The notes beneath the pieces were generated by a model that did no database searches, was not told the origin of the DNA, and was given only the letters and a program-made list of their open reading frames with translations. A stretch of DNA of 64,000 nt from an uncultured bacterium (GTDB taxonomy: Bacteria; UBP14; UBA6098). Below, one piece after another: positions 19,605 through 30,059 of the stretch; within the stretch, counting starts at the first letter, position 1; every line of letters begins with the position of its first letter. The position numbers were made by a program, and so were the translations under genes. The stretch is from contig CAYWOR010000013.1 in the NCBI GenBank assembly GCA_964459995.1, positions 8,007 through 72,006 on the forward strand. Reading direction: 5' to 3'.

Positions 19605-20819
19605 ATGCTCATCGCGATAGAAATAATCCTGCTTTTCCTTCTTCTGGGGATGTCAGCCTTTTTCTCCGGCTCCGAGACCGCTTTTTTCAGCCTTTCGAGG
19701 TTCGATATTCAACGGATGAACGCGCGCGGCCTTCATGGCGCAGAACAAGCCACAAGCCTTCTGCGAAAACCCTCCAAGCTTCTCGTGGCGATTCTCGTCG
19801 GCAACATGCTCGTAAACATCTCCGCGACAACACTGTTGACAAAAACGCTTATCGATACGGTAGGTTCAGCGGCAGTGCCGATCGCGGTCATCGTGATGAC
19901 AATTCTTGTTCTAATTTTCGGCGAAATCACACCAAAAGTATTTGCAGTCGAGCACAACGCCCGATGGGCAAGACTCGGCGCGCCGGTTCTCTCAATAGTG
20001 ATGTTTGCGACATCTCCGGTAATATACTTCCTCCAGCTTATCCAGAAACTCTTTATGCGCGGCGATTCCTATAACGATATCCGCCTTGGCGAGGTCGATC
20101 TCGAGAGTGCCTTGGAACTCGCACACAGCGAGGGGGCAATCGGCGAACAAGCCCGCGACCTTTTAATCCATTTCCTCGATTTAGAACGAATTACAGCGGA
20201 CAAAATCGTCGCCCCAATGTCCGAAATCCCGGTTATTCCGCGCGAATGCAACGCCGCAGAGGCACTTCGCATACTTCTCGATAAAAATATCGAATATGCC
20301 TTCGTCAATGAGCCAAAGGGCAACAAATTCTACATCGTCGAGCAAGACGCCCTCGCCGTTGCAAACCCCTTAGACAAAGCGTGGGAGCTTGCCGACGAAG
20401 CCCTCATGGTCGATTCCCATACCTCTCTGGCGGCGCTTTTCCAGCAGATTTACGGCAAAAACCGGCGCCACGTGGTAGTGAAAAACGAATCTGGCAATGC
20501 TATTGGGGTTGCGGCGCGAGAAGACGTGCTTACCAGCATCTTCCTCGAACCGCTCATTCGCGAAAAGCCCGATATTCGTCGTCTATCGCGCATCGGAAGG
20601 TTCTATATCGTCGAGGGTGATATGCCGATAGAGGATTTCGACGACCTCTTCGGCACAAAAACCGCCGCCACAGAAAGACTAACAATAGGCGAGTTCATCA
20701 CCGAAGAACTCAGAATATCCCGCTCCGGCGAGGCTGTAGATTACGAAAACCTCCATTTTAGAATCATCCGAAGCCTCGGCGGCAAAATCGAACGGATCGC
20801 GGTGAAAAATCTCGAATGA
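19605..20819 (+). CDS. CNNM/CorB (DUF21-CBS-CorC) membrane protein
   Basis: SAFFSGSETAFFS, ILVGNMLVN, GEITPK; degenerate CBS pair; CorC-like end. Confidence 0.85.
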   Translation: MLIAIEIILLFLLLGMSAFFSGSETAFFSLSRFDIQRMNARGLHGAEQATSLLRKPSKLLVAILVGNMLVNISATTLLTKTLIDTVGSAAVPIAVIVMTILVLIFGEITPKVFAVEHNARWARLGAPVLSIVMFATSPVIYFLQLIQKLFMRGDSYNDIRLGEVDLESALELAHSEGAIGEQARDLLIHFLDLERITADKIVAPMSEIPVIPRECNAAEALRILLDKNIEYAFVNEPKGNKFYIVEQDALAVANPLDKAWELADEALMVDSHTSLAALFQQIYGKNRRHVVVKNESGNAIGVAAREDVLTSIFLEPLIREKPDIRRLSRIGRFYIVEGDMPIEDFDDLFGTKTAATERLTIGEFITEELRISRSGEAVDYENLHFRIIRSLGGKIERIAVKNLE

Positions 20820-21991
20820 TAATCCTATTCACCATATTAATATTTGGGCTTGTCGGCGCGGCATTTTTCGCCGGCACCGAAACCGCTTTTGTCGCGCTTT
20901 TGGGCAAAGGCGAGGAGTCAAATCGACTCCCGAAGGACATCCGCCGATGGCTTAAAAAACCGCAGACTATTTTCTCGGTAACCCTTATCGGCACAAATGT
21001 TTCCCACATTCTCGCGTCATCGATCGCAACAAAAATTGCATTAGATATATTTCCAACTCGCGGCGAACTGTATTCGATGGCAATTATGACCGCCATGATA
21101 CTCGTTTTCAGCGAGGTCATCCCAAAAAGCCGCGCTCTATCGGGGCCGGAGAGTTTCGCACGATTCGCGTCCAAACCCTTCGGCATCTCCGCAATCATTC
21201 TAAAGCCGCTGTCAAAGCTCGCCGACAAAATGTCCGCGTTTTTAGTTAGGCTGAGCAGACACATCGTTTCGCCTTCGCAACCGCCGGATTGGAAGGAGTT
21301 CGAGCTTGTCGCAAAGGAGGGCGAACTCAAGCTCGGAAGCAATCGCAACGCACTCTTGACCATGGTTTTCGACCTCGCGAAAAAAACAGCTTTCGATCTG
21401 ATGACCCCTATCGGCGAAATCCCCAACCAAACCCCCGATAATACCGATACCACAGCGTTTGAACGACAAATCCGAGAAGCTGAAAAGCGCTTTTACATCG
21501 TCGAGGACGAAGAGGGACGAATAGAGGGCGTGGTTGATATGGCGTTAAAAATCGCCCATGGCGGCTTCGGACTTTTCGAGCCACTTTATGTTCCGGAAAA
21601 CACTCCGATATTGCGACTATTCGCCGAAATGCGCGATTCCAACGCCGAATTTGCCTTCGTAGTCGATGAACACGGCAACATCACAGGCGGAATTGTAAGG
21701 GAGGAAATCGCGGATTTGTTCTCCGGCGTCCGACGCAAAGGGCGCGGAATTCGCGGCAAAACCCTCGAAGGCTACATTGTCGAAGGCTCGATGGAAATCG
21801 ACGAGCTTGGTTCTCTGCTGGGAACTACCTTCCCGGAAGGCCCCTACCGCAGTGTTGCAGGATTCCTCGAAGAAATCTCGGGCGAAATTCCGGAGCTTAA
21901 CCGGCCGATTAAATTCGGCGGTTTCAGCTTTATCCCACTGAAAAAAACCCCGCGCAAACTCCTTCGAGTTCGCGTAGAGCCTCTAAAATAG
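20816..21991 (+). CDS. CNNM/CorB family membrane protein, second paralog
   Basis: FFAGTETAF, LIGTN, SEVIPK, VVDEHG, CorC domain; ATGA overlap. Confidence 0.85.
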   Translation: MIILFTILIFGLVGAAFFAGTETAFVALLGKGEESNRLPKDIRRWLKKPQTIFSVTLIGTNVSHILASSIATKIALDIFPTRGELYSMAIMTAMILVFSEVIPKSRALSGPESFARFASKPFGISAIILKPLSKLADKMSAFLVRLSRHIVSPSQPPDWKEFELVAKEGELKLGSNRNALLTMVFDLAKKTAFDLMTPIGEIPNQTPDNTDTTAFERQIREAEKRFYIVEDEEGRIEGVVDMALKIAHGGFGLFEPLYVPENTPILRLFAEMRDSNAEFAFVVDEHGNITGGIVREEIADLFSGVRRKGRGIRGKTLEGYIVEGSMEIDELGSLLGTTFPEGPYRSVAGFLEEISGEIPELNRPIKFGGFSFIPLKKTPRKLLRVRVEPLK

Positions 21992-22006
21992 ACCTTCCGA
22001 AAAACA

Positions 22007-25006
22007 TCAGTCCATTTGCGGAACTGCTAACACATTGATTTTCAGCGTCTTAGTTCCATACGCCGACGAGTCGCGCGGAGTTGGAGCGGATAACTGAAGC
22101 CACAACAAAGCAGTATCCGGTGGCGAAAATGTCAACCCGAAACCCCCGGAACCGAACCTATCCTCCCGTGCAATTTCATGAGGAGGGCGCAAAATCGCAT
22201 CTTCGAGAGGGGAGAAGTCAATAGGGCGAGAATCGTCAAACCGCCCCCTGAGCGAAAATCGCGTCCCGGAAGGATAATGTCCCGGAATCCAGCCCGCCGA
22301 ATCAATCAAAGCCAACCCCAAATCCACTGGCACATCCGAGAGATTAACGACGCGAATCTCCTCGCCATCGGCCATAGCACGGACTTCTCCGCCAAGAATC
22401 GTGTCCAAATCCCATTCAGAAGGCGACACTGCGATTTCGAGATGCGGCAAAGAGCCACTATAAAAGGCCGTGAAGGTCGTATCGCACGAAATTTCTGCAG
22501 TAAACTCGGGCAAAATCAACCCCGCGATAGACCAGCTGTCGAACCGGAAAACAGAATCGCCACAAAAATCATGCGCCGAAACAGCGATATCATGCAAGCT
22601 CCCCTCGCGCAACCATCTGCGCAGATAAACCGATTCCACGCCCCATATCGTATCGCCGTCGATTGCGAGCCAGCCGCAAATCGCATAGGAAGGCTCTTTT
22701 GCGAAAGTCGTCAAGAATTCGAGCCCATAATTAGCCGTTATCGTGCAAGGTGTATCGACAGAAGCCGTCGTATGGCCGATTGGCAAGCCGTCAGACCAAG
22801 AATCCCACACATAACGTGAAAGGGAGTCGGCATAATCCGGCTCGGAGGCCTCGATATAATGTGTCGAGCCGTGGTTCCACCATCGTGACACACCAGCACT
22901 CTCTGCATCGCGCAACGTATCCGAATCGATTACCAAATGACCGAAGATATTTGAGGATGGCGACTTTGCGACATGGCAAAGATGCTGGCGGTCATAATAG
23001 GCAACAAAATCCGTAGGCGCGCGAAGAGGTTCTGTGAAGTGCGAGGAGTCGTAGCCGTCGGAAAAATGGGTCAGCAAATAGCGATTGAATCCGTCGATTG
23101 TGTCTATCGAGCTTGCGGCGAGAATATGAATGCTCGCAGAGTCCCACCAAACGCGCTGATATACTGAATTTGCACCCCAAAAAGTGTCGATATCGCAAGA
23201 GATAAACCCAAATGTGTCCGCTTCAGGCTCTTTAAAAATATTGACAGGAAATCTTGCAATATAATTCGCGACAAAATCCGTCGGAGACACTATAGGTGAG
23301 GTATTATGCAACACCGCGCCGCCATCGCTCCAGTTTAAAAACCGCCATTTGCGAAATTCACCGACAGAGTCCATTTCGCTCACGCCGATACTGTGAATAC
23401 TGCCTTCCGCCCACCATCGCCACTGCGAATCGGATTCTGCGCCTACAAAGGCCTCGCTATCGACAAAAAGCGTCCCCGCAACGTTTGCGAGAGGATTCTT
23501 CTTTATTAGAGTGTGAAATTCACGTTGAATATCATATTGTGCGGTAAATGTAGTATCATTGTCAATAGTAATAACCCATAAGGCACTATCCCCACCGCAA
23601 TCCCAGCCCTCGAAAGAGCTATAATAGCGTGTCCGGCTTATATAATAAGGATTCGCGGGATTCGCGGGCGCGATTAGAATCGAATCACCGAGCGGGATGA
23701 AAATCTGATGTGGTGCGGGGCGAATCTCGCCATCGATGAAAACCGAATCCGCGATTTCCGTCGGAAGGTCTGTAGTAACAACAATCGACCCGATTCGCCT
23801 CTGAAGATATGTCCCCTGAATCCCGAAACAGCCGATATTTCCCGGAGTGCCGTTGCCGTCGGGATCTTCCCCGCGTGCACCGCCGGAACCTCCGTTATAG
23901 GCAATCGAGGCATTGTTGAGGTATCTGTCCTCGCGATAGAAAATCTTTATACGGCCGCCTCCGCCACCGGAACCGCCATTTCCGCCCCTTCCGCACGAGC
24001 CGGGCGGCCCTGCAGAGCCGATATCTCCGCCTCTGCCGCCGTTTCCGCCCCTCGCCGAAATACTCGCCGACGAAGTAAGCTCTATCGCAGGCGCGCGCAG
24101 AAGTATTCCTCCGCCAGAGCCTCCGCCCGCACCACCACCTCCGCCCCCTGCGGCATCGCCCTGCCAAAGGTCGCCATTTCCGCCGTTTCCGCCGGCTCCA
24201 CCTGCTGTGCCATTCGCCAAAATCGAGCCGGAGAGGAAGATTGTATCGGCGAAAATAGCAACCACGCCCCCTCCCGCGCCCCCGAATCCCCCTGCGGTGC
24301 CGTAGAATAGATAATATCCGCTATTTCCTCCGCCGCCAGCCCCGCCGCCTCCGGAGCCTCTCTCGACATCGGAATTGTCCTCCGTGCCGCTTGTCCAGCT
24401 CGTTCCGTATGGGCAGGCACCCGCGCCGGCACCTCCCGTTCCTCCCGCGCCCCCCGATGCAAAATATGGCCACACATCCACACAATTGCCGTTTCCGCCG
24501 TTTCCTCCGGGGCATGACGCGCCTCCATAGCCGCCGCCTCTGCCGCCGCCCGCGCCGCCGCCGCCGCCCCAGGCTTCCCCGGTTACCGTAACCGCAATTC
24601 CGCCATAGGAGCCTGTGTCGCCGGGGCAACCTCCGCAAGGCCCCTCGCCGGGCATTCCCGCACGTCCGCCGCGCCTTTGTCTCGGGCTTATTTCTGAGGT
24701 CGAAACGCCGCCCGAGCCCCCACGATAGCCCGCGCCGGTCGCGTTTATAGCCCCCTCGATTATCGCCGCGGTGCATCGAATCTCGACCGCGCCATAATCC
24801 GCTCCGTTATAATGTTTGATAAAAATTGTATTGCCGGAGGGCACTCGAAATGTGTCGATACCGGTATGAACTCCTGCGATAGAATCGCCGTCGGATAGCG
24901 TCCAATTCGCGCCGGAATGGTCCCCTCCGCCGTCGATAATCCATTGACCGAAGGCTGAACATATCACAACAACCAATAGAAAAAAGTAAAGCTTTATTCT
25001 TCCCAT
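22007..25006 (-). CDS. Large secreted protein: glycine-rich domain plus ~90-aa repeats
   Basis: Signal peptide, GGGGGAGG-rich region, 4-5 repeats with W..GS.H.I..S and WSDG...PTDFVA.Y. Confidence 0.8.
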   Translation of the reverse strand: MGRIKLYFFLLVVVICSAFGQWIIDGGGDHSGANWTLSDGDSIAGVHTGIDTFRVPSGNTIFIKHYNGADYGAVEIRCTAAIIEGAINATGAGYRGGSGGVSTSEISPRQRRGGRAGMPGEGPCGGCPGDTGSYGGIAVTVTGEAWGGGGGAGGGRGGGYGGASCPGGNGGNGNCVDVWPYFASGGAGGTGGAGAGACPYGTSWTSGTEDNSDVERGSGGGGAGGGGNSGYYLFYGTAGGFGGAGGGVVAIFADTIFLSGSILANGTAGGAGGNGGNGDLWQGDAAGGGGGGAGGGSGGGILLRAPAIELTSSASISARGGNGGRGGDIGSAGPPGSCGRGGNGGSGGGGGRIKIFYREDRYLNNASIAYNGGSGGARGEDPDGNGTPGNIGCFGIQGTYLQRRIGSIVVTTDLPTEIADSVFIDGEIRPAPHQIFIPLGDSILIAPANPANPYYISRTRYYSSFEGWDCGGDSALWVITIDNDTTFTAQYDIQREFHTLIKKNPLANVAGTLFVDSEAFVGAESDSQWRWWAEGSIHSIGVSEMDSVGEFRKWRFLNWSDGGAVLHNTSPIVSPTDFVANYIARFPVNIFKEPEADTFGFISCDIDTFWGANSVYQRVWWDSASIHILAASSIDTIDGFNRYLLTHFSDGYDSSHFTEPLRAPTDFVAYYDRQHLCHVAKSPSSNIFGHLVIDSDTLRDAESAGVSRWWNHGSTHYIEASEPDYADSLSRYVWDSWSDGLPIGHTTASVDTPCTITANYGLEFLTTFAKEPSYAICGWLAIDGDTIWGVESVYLRRWLREGSLHDIAVSAHDFCGDSVFRFDSWSIAGLILPEFTAEISCDTTFTAFYSGSLPHLEIAVSPSEWDLDTILGGEVRAMADGEEIRVVNLSDVPVDLGLALIDSAGWIPGHYPSGTRFSLRGRFDDSRPIDFSPLEDAILRPPHEIAREDRFGSGGFGLTFSPPDTALLWLQLSAPTPRDSSAYGTKTLKINVLAVPQMD

Positions 25007-25073
25007 AATGGCCTAATGCGTAAAATGCTAACATATCATTTTACATATTTAAAGGAATATTGCAACAGTGGGA

Positions 25074-25895
25074 TTATCGAGGTGCGCGAGGATTTTTTAT
25101 CGCATATATAAGAATTCCCGCGGCGATGGCGGCGTTGAGCGATTCTGTCGGGCCGGGAGTCTCGATTTCAACTCGAATATCAGCAGTTTCGACAAGGTCT
25201 TCGGAAATTCCCGCCCCCTCAGAACCGATAATCAGAAGAACTTTGTCGGCGAAACGGCAGTCTCCGAGCAATGTCGAACCTCTCCCATTGTCTGCGGCGA
25301 CAATCTGGAAATCCTCGCGGGAAAATCTCGACACGACTCCATCCGCACCCTTGTCGTGAAGCTCTGCGACCGGAACTCGAAAAACCGCTCCCATAGAACT
25401 TCTGAGCGTCTTAGGGTTGAACAGCCCCGCAGAACCCGGCCCCAGAACGACTCCCTCGACATCAAAAGCCTCACAGGTGCGGATTATAGTCCCAACATTC
25501 CCAGGGTCCTGAACGCCGTCCAGAAAGGCAACAATTCCGCTTCTTACCTGAATAAGATCGCCGAAAATCTCGCCGGGGCCTTTTTTCGGAAGCGCGATTG
25601 CCGCCGCGATGCCCTGATTAGTCTCTGTCCGGCTGATACGTTCCATCTCGTTACTGCTCACATGCCAAACCGTAATCCAGTTTTTCTGAGCCTGCTCGAT
25701 TATCGCGGCCACACGGCCATGCTTTTCCGCGCCGAATTCGACAATTAATTCTTTAATCTCGACTGAAGCTCGAAATGCCTCCTCGACAAAACGGATGCCC
25801 TCCGCGAGATAAACCCCGTAACGCTGATGATATTTCCTGTCGCCGATCTGCGATAGTTTTTTGAGCGCATTCTTTGTAAGTCGAATCATTTCCAT
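25074..25895 (-). CDS. TrmH/SpoU family RNA methyltransferase
   Basis: QDPGNVGTIIRT, IIGSEGAG, ESLNAA. Confidence 0.92.
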   Translation of the reverse strand: MEMIRLTKNALKKLSQIGDRKYHQRYGVYLAEGIRFVEEAFRASVEIKELIVEFGAEKHGRVAAIIEQAQKNWITVWHVSSNEMERISRTETNQGIAAAIALPKKGPGEIFGDLIQVRSGIVAFLDGVQDPGNVGTIIRTCEAFDVEGVVLGPGSAGLFNPKTLRSSMGAVFRVPVAELHDKGADGVVSRFSREDFQIVAADNGRGSTLLGDCRFADKVLLIIGSEGAGISEDLVETADIRVEIETPGPTESLNAAIAAGILIYAIKNPRAPR

Positions 25896-26045
25896 ATCGA
25901 CAGGTATAATATCCCTCCTTGACGAAAAGTCAACAAAGATTCGGCGACAGCTTTCGATTTGAAGCTAATTTCCAAAAAAAAATCTTGTTAAATGATGCAC
26001 GATAATATATATATGCGGGAATTACACATCAACATGGAGGTATAA

Positions 26046-27374
26046 ATGAAAAAGACAGCGTTGTTCCTTCTCTTCGCCCTTATAATGGCGACTGTCGGGC
26101 TTTTCGTTTTTGGATGCGAAAGCACCGACCCCGAACCGGAGCCCGAGCCTCAGCCGGAAGAAGTCCCATACAATTCCGATGTGGATAACGACTTTATAGC
26201 AACAGTTACAAGCGCCAACGAAGTGGTCGTATCTTCGATGGTTACCGATTCCGGAGAAGTTTTCACCGACGGCGATACTGTTACTCGCAGGGTTGTTACT
26301 ATCAGCGGCACAGTCCCCGATTATCTCGGCACGAGGCGCATTAATGCAGAGCCGGAAAGAGTTTTTATCACTGCCCACGGCGGTTCCTGTATGAGTCCCG
26401 GCCCGTGGAACGCCGCAGACACAATAACTACTGGATTCCAGCAGACCATCCACATTAGCTACTCGCATGAAGGCGTGATGTGCACCGGCGATTGGGGCTA
26501 TACCATCACCGTTACAAATATCGCCACAGGCGCAATCGGATGGCAACGTCAGGTCATGCACGGAATCGGCGCCGATGTCGATCAGACAACCGGTAGCCTC
26601 GATCTTCCCGCCGGAACATACGAGATTCATGTTTCGACAGTTACAGGAACCACAACCCGCGCAACTGTAACTTATACCCCCGGCGGCGGCGGTGTTGTCT
26701 CATCGAATATTGTCGTTTACCACAACGGCAATCTCTATCCCGTGTCCGAAGCCTCGCCCGGCGCAACATATTCGCATGTTGTTGACCTCGCCAACGGAAA
26801 TAATGTTATTCGCGTGCTCGTTATCGGCAATTTCGACGCCGCCGCACAGATCGATCTCGCGAATATTCTCGCGGTTTCCGACCCGATGAATGTTTTCTGT
26901 ATCACCGAGGATATGGCGATTCGCGTGGTTCTTTCATGGCAGATTGACAATTCTGATGTCGATCTTCATCTTATCGCTCCGGGCGGAAAGGTTTGGAGCA
27001 ACGAGGATTGCTATTTCGGCAACGAAACACCCAACTGGGGCGATTCGGCCTCGACACTCGATGACCCCTCGCTCGACCACGATAACACCAGTGGCTACGG
27101 CCCTGAGACCATCGTTCTGCCGATTCCGGCAAACGGCCTTTATACCGTTCTCGTCCACTACTGGAGCGATCACGGTGGCGGAAATGCACCCTCTCGCGTG
27201 GTGGTTACTCTCAACGAGTCCAGCCAAAGGTCCTTCGGCCCAAGAACCCTCGTGGATGGGCAATATTGGGTAGTTACCGGAATTCGTGTCAATAACGGCA
27301 CGGCAAGTTTTGCCGCCGCACCCGATTCATCTTCGCTTTTCATGCCGGTAAGATCGAAGCCGGTCAAAAAGTAA
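26046..27374 (+). CDS. Lipoprotein with C-terminal YfaP/DUF2135-like domain
   Basis: Lipobox FGC, PE-repeat linker, RVVLSW...DVDLH...LDHDNTSGYGPE...VHYW. Confidence 0.8.
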   Translation: MKKTALFLLFALIMATVGLFVFGCESTDPEPEPEPQPEEVPYNSDVDNDFIATVTSANEVVVSSMVTDSGEVFTDGDTVTRRVVTISGTVPDYLGTRRINAEPERVFITAHGGSCMSPGPWNAADTITTGFQQTIHISYSHEGVMCTGDWGYTITVTNIATGAIGWQRQVMHGIGADVDQTTGSLDLPAGTYEIHVSTVTGTTTRATVTYTPGGGGVVSSNIVVYHNGNLYPVSEASPGATYSHVVDLANGNNVIRVLVIGNFDAAAQIDLANILAVSDPMNVFCITEDMAIRVVLSWQIDNSDVDLHLIAPGGKVWSNEDCYFGNETPNWGDSASTLDDPSLDHDNTSGYGPETIVLPIPANGLYTVLVHYWSDHGGGNAPSRVVVTLNESSQRSFGPRTLVDGQYWVVTGIRVNNGTASFAAAPDSSSLFMPVRSKPVKK

Positions 27375-27396
27375 TTCTTCGCGAACGGCGGGTAAT

Positions 27397-27432
27397 AAAA
27401 TAACCCACGGGTCACCCCGCGGGTTATTTTTT
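27397..27432. terminator. Bidirectional intrinsic terminator
   Basis: aaaataaccc...gggttatttt inverted repeat between convergent genes. Confidence 0.8.
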
Positions 27433-27449
27433 ATTATAATCAAAGGAGA

Positions 27450-27923
27450 TTATCGCAAAAGAGCGTCAAGCCGGGTAAAAATCTCCTCGAGAACACGGGT
27501 TCGCTCATCCGTCACCGAAGCCGAAGTTATAGCTTCGATGCCGTCCTTGCTGTATTGCCACTTTTCGTCGCCGGCGGTAATATAGAGTATCAGTTTCTCC
27601 TTAGGCTCGATTTTCTTCATAAACCTGCGCGTTTTGCGGTTGAAAATCATCCACGCCTCGACCTCGTCCATCACGATAATAGCCGCGTATTCGTCCGGGT
27701 CGATTTTATGAGCCACCGCGAAATCGACAATCTCGATATTGCACCATGGTGAATACTTTTCGATAATCTCATCGATTATTATCTGCTTGAATTCGCTCGT
27801 ATATCCTGTTATCATAATATTAAATTCCGCATCGGGGTTCTCGAAAACCTCGACCGGCATCTTATCCTTACAGGAAACCGCCGCCACAAAGGCCAAAAGA
27901 CCTACAATTAATACTTTTTTCAT
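27450..27923 (-). CDS. Hypothetical lipoprotein
   Basis: Lipobox VSC, GAGGG RBS. Confidence 0.7.
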   Translation of the reverse strand: MKKVLIVGLLAFVAAVSCKDKMPVEVFENPDAEFNIMITGYTSEFKQIIIDEIIEKYSPWCNIEIVDFAVAHKIDPDEYAAIIVMDEVEAWMIFNRKTRRFMKKIEPKEKLILYITAGDEKWQYSKDGIEAITSASVTDERTRVLEEIFTRLDALLR

Positions 27924-27950
27924 GACATTCCCCTCGAATAAAGTTTGTGC

Positions 27951-28667
27951 CTAATCGTCGAGGCTGAAATCCAGCAGATCCGCAGAGTTCTCACGCTCGA
28001 CAGGGCCAATAATCAAGACCAATTCGCCGATAATATCCCCCTCGATTTTCATAAGTTCACCGATTTTGCCGCGAATAACCTCCTCGAATTTCTTCGTAAG
28101 CTCCCTGCAAAGCACAGCGTCCCTGTCGCCAAGGATTTCCAGCGCGTCCACAAGAAAATCGCGAATGTTATGAGGCGAGACATAAAAAACGAGCGTGGAT
28201 TTTTCGTCCTCCGCGAGCTGACGTAATCTTCGCCGTCTGCCCTTCCCTGAGTGCGATAAAAACCCCTCGAACCTCGCCCCTGCGACGGGAAATCCCGACA
28301 GCACTAACGCCGGCACGAAAGCGGTCGCTCCGGGAAGAACCTCGAAATCGATTCCCTCGGAAATCGCCACGCGTGAAAGCGAATGCCCCGGATCGGAAAT
28401 CCCCGGAGTTCCAGCCTCGGATATCACGGCGATTGTCTTTCCGGCCCGAACCTGCTCGATTATGCCATCGGAACGTTTCCGTTCATTACGGACGTGAAGC
28501 GGGAAAAGAGGTGTGTTGATTTCGTATTTATCGAGAAGAATTCTCGCTTTCCGTGTGTCCTCGGCGGCGATAGCATCGGCCTCTCGAAGAACACGAATCG
28601 CCCTGAGGGTTATATCCTCGAGGTTCCCGATTGGGGTCGGAACAAAGATGAGTTTTCCTTCTGGCAT
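27951..28667 (-). CDS. rsmI: 16S rRNA (cytidine1402-2'-O)-methyltransferase
   Basis: PTPIGNLEDITLRA, AEDTR, SEAGTPGISDPG, RELTKKFEE. Confidence 0.95.
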   Translation of the reverse strand: MPEGKLIFVPTPIGNLEDITLRAIRVLREADAIAAEDTRKARILLDKYEINTPLFPLHVRNERKRSDGIIEQVRAGKTIAVISEAGTPGISDPGHSLSRVAISEGIDFEVLPGATAFVPALVLSGFPVAGARFEGFLSHSGKGRRRRLRQLAEDEKSTLVFYVSPHNIRDFLVDALEILGDRDAVLCRELTKKFEEVIRGKIGELMKIEGDIIGELVLIIGPVERENSADLLDFSLDD

Positions 28668-28764
28668 AATCGATGCAATATAACATAGCTGGACAATTTT
28701 TCAAGTGCAAAGCTGTCGCCTCGAACCGGCTTGACATCCACGCGAAAAAACTTATTATTCGGTT

Positions 28765-30012
28765 ATGAAACGCGGAATCATCATATTTATACTTCTCGTA
28801 TCGGTTTTATGCTTCGCCCAAAGGCGATATTATCACGAAAACACTACATCGATTCTACGCGTGGATGAGAATTACCCCGGCGCTTTTGTGGAGCATCGTT
28901 TCATACCAACCGGCGCGGATAATCTTTTCAGAGCTTTCCTCGCTTTCGGCGACGAATCGGGCGCATTCGCCTATGGAAGTGCCCATGAGTATCCACCTCT
29001 CTCAGCAAGCACCTTCGTCAATCGTGCGGAAATTTCTCCATCCACACCGGATACCTTCCAAATCTATGAATTCTACGATACCGTGATGGTTATCGACAGC
29101 CACTATGTCGATACCCACTGGGTTCACGACACGTCCTACATCGCGAATCTCGCTGAATCACGCACCGTTTTCACCTACGAAGACACCCTTTTCGGAATTC
29201 GAGTCGAACAGACTGTAACCGCAAGCTATGACACAGTGCCGGCATTTTTCGTGAGGTTCATCTTTACGAACACCCGTCCCACTGCGATTAACGGTCTCAA
29301 AACCGCCTTTTTCTATGACGGCGATGTTCCGGATTGGGGTTACCGTGACGATTATCCTTTCGATGTGGGCTATCTCGACGCCGTTGCGGTTCGGGACGGC
29401 TCCGAAGAGAACGGTGTTTGTTCCGGTTTTTGTGCCCTTCATCCAAATAGCGGACCCTCACGCGGGGCATGGTTCGAGTGGGTCGATACGACAAACAGTT
29501 CCGACACGGCGAGTATTATCGCACTACTGAACGACCCGCCATTTTGGCCAACGGGCACAATTACCCCCGGAGATTGGTCTGTTTACGCGATTTGGGATTT
29601 CGGCAATCTCCCCGCTGGCGCGGTCGATTCCCTTCGAATCGCCCTGATAGTCCACGATTCCACCGGTTTCGATTCTCTCGCGGCGAATGTCCGTGGCGAT
29701 ACTGTTCATGCTTTTGTCGATGAGTTCGCCGAAATCCGCCCGGAACATATCCAAATCTCAATCGCTCCGAATCCCTTTAATTCGGCCTGCGAGATAGCAT
29801 CCCCTCGGCTTCCGCACGCTGAAACCTCACTGGAGATTTTCTCCATGGACGGTCGGACAGTTCGCACCTTCGAACTAACCGGCTCGACCAAAAAAACCCT
29901 CTGGGACGCCCGCGATGAGAGCGGTAACAATCTTCCGAGCGGGATTTATTTAGTCCGCCTTAGCTCGAAGGGGGAAACCCTTTCGACAGCCAAGGCTATT
30001 CTAATCAAATAA
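28765..30012 (+). CDS. Secreted protein with FlgD-Ig/T9SS-like C-terminal domain
   Basis: Signal peptide; PNPFNS...WDARDESG..LPSGIY...KAILIK. Confidence 0.8.
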   Translation: MKRGIIIFILLVSVLCFAQRRYYHENTTSILRVDENYPGAFVEHRFIPTGADNLFRAFLAFGDESGAFAYGSAHEYPPLSASTFVNRAEISPSTPDTFQIYEFYDTVMVIDSHYVDTHWVHDTSYIANLAESRTVFTYEDTLFGIRVEQTVTASYDTVPAFFVRFIFTNTRPTAINGLKTAFFYDGDVPDWGYRDDYPFDVGYLDAVAVRDGSEENGVCSGFCALHPNSGPSRGAWFEWVDTTNSSDTASIIALLNDPPFWPTGTITPGDWSVYAIWDFGNLPAGAVDSLRIALIVHDSTGFDSLAANVRGDTVHAFVDEFAEIRPEHIQISIAPNPFNSACEIASPRLPHAETSLEIFSMDGRTVRTFELTGSTKKTLWDARDESGNNLPSGIYLVRLSSKGETLSTAKAILIK

Positions 30013-30037
30013 AAAAGGGCGCGAATGCCGCGCCCTC
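30011..30037. terminator. Terminator between convergent genes
   Basis: agggcgcg...cgcgccct hairpin with A tract. Confidence 0.7.
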
Positions 30038-30059
30038 GAATTTCCCCTATCGACGAAAA

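Noticed and set aside
23860-24760. GCC/CCG-rich DNA as a non-coding repeat, and its overlapping Arg-rich ORFs
   Set aside because: Explained by the glycine codons of the 999-aa protein
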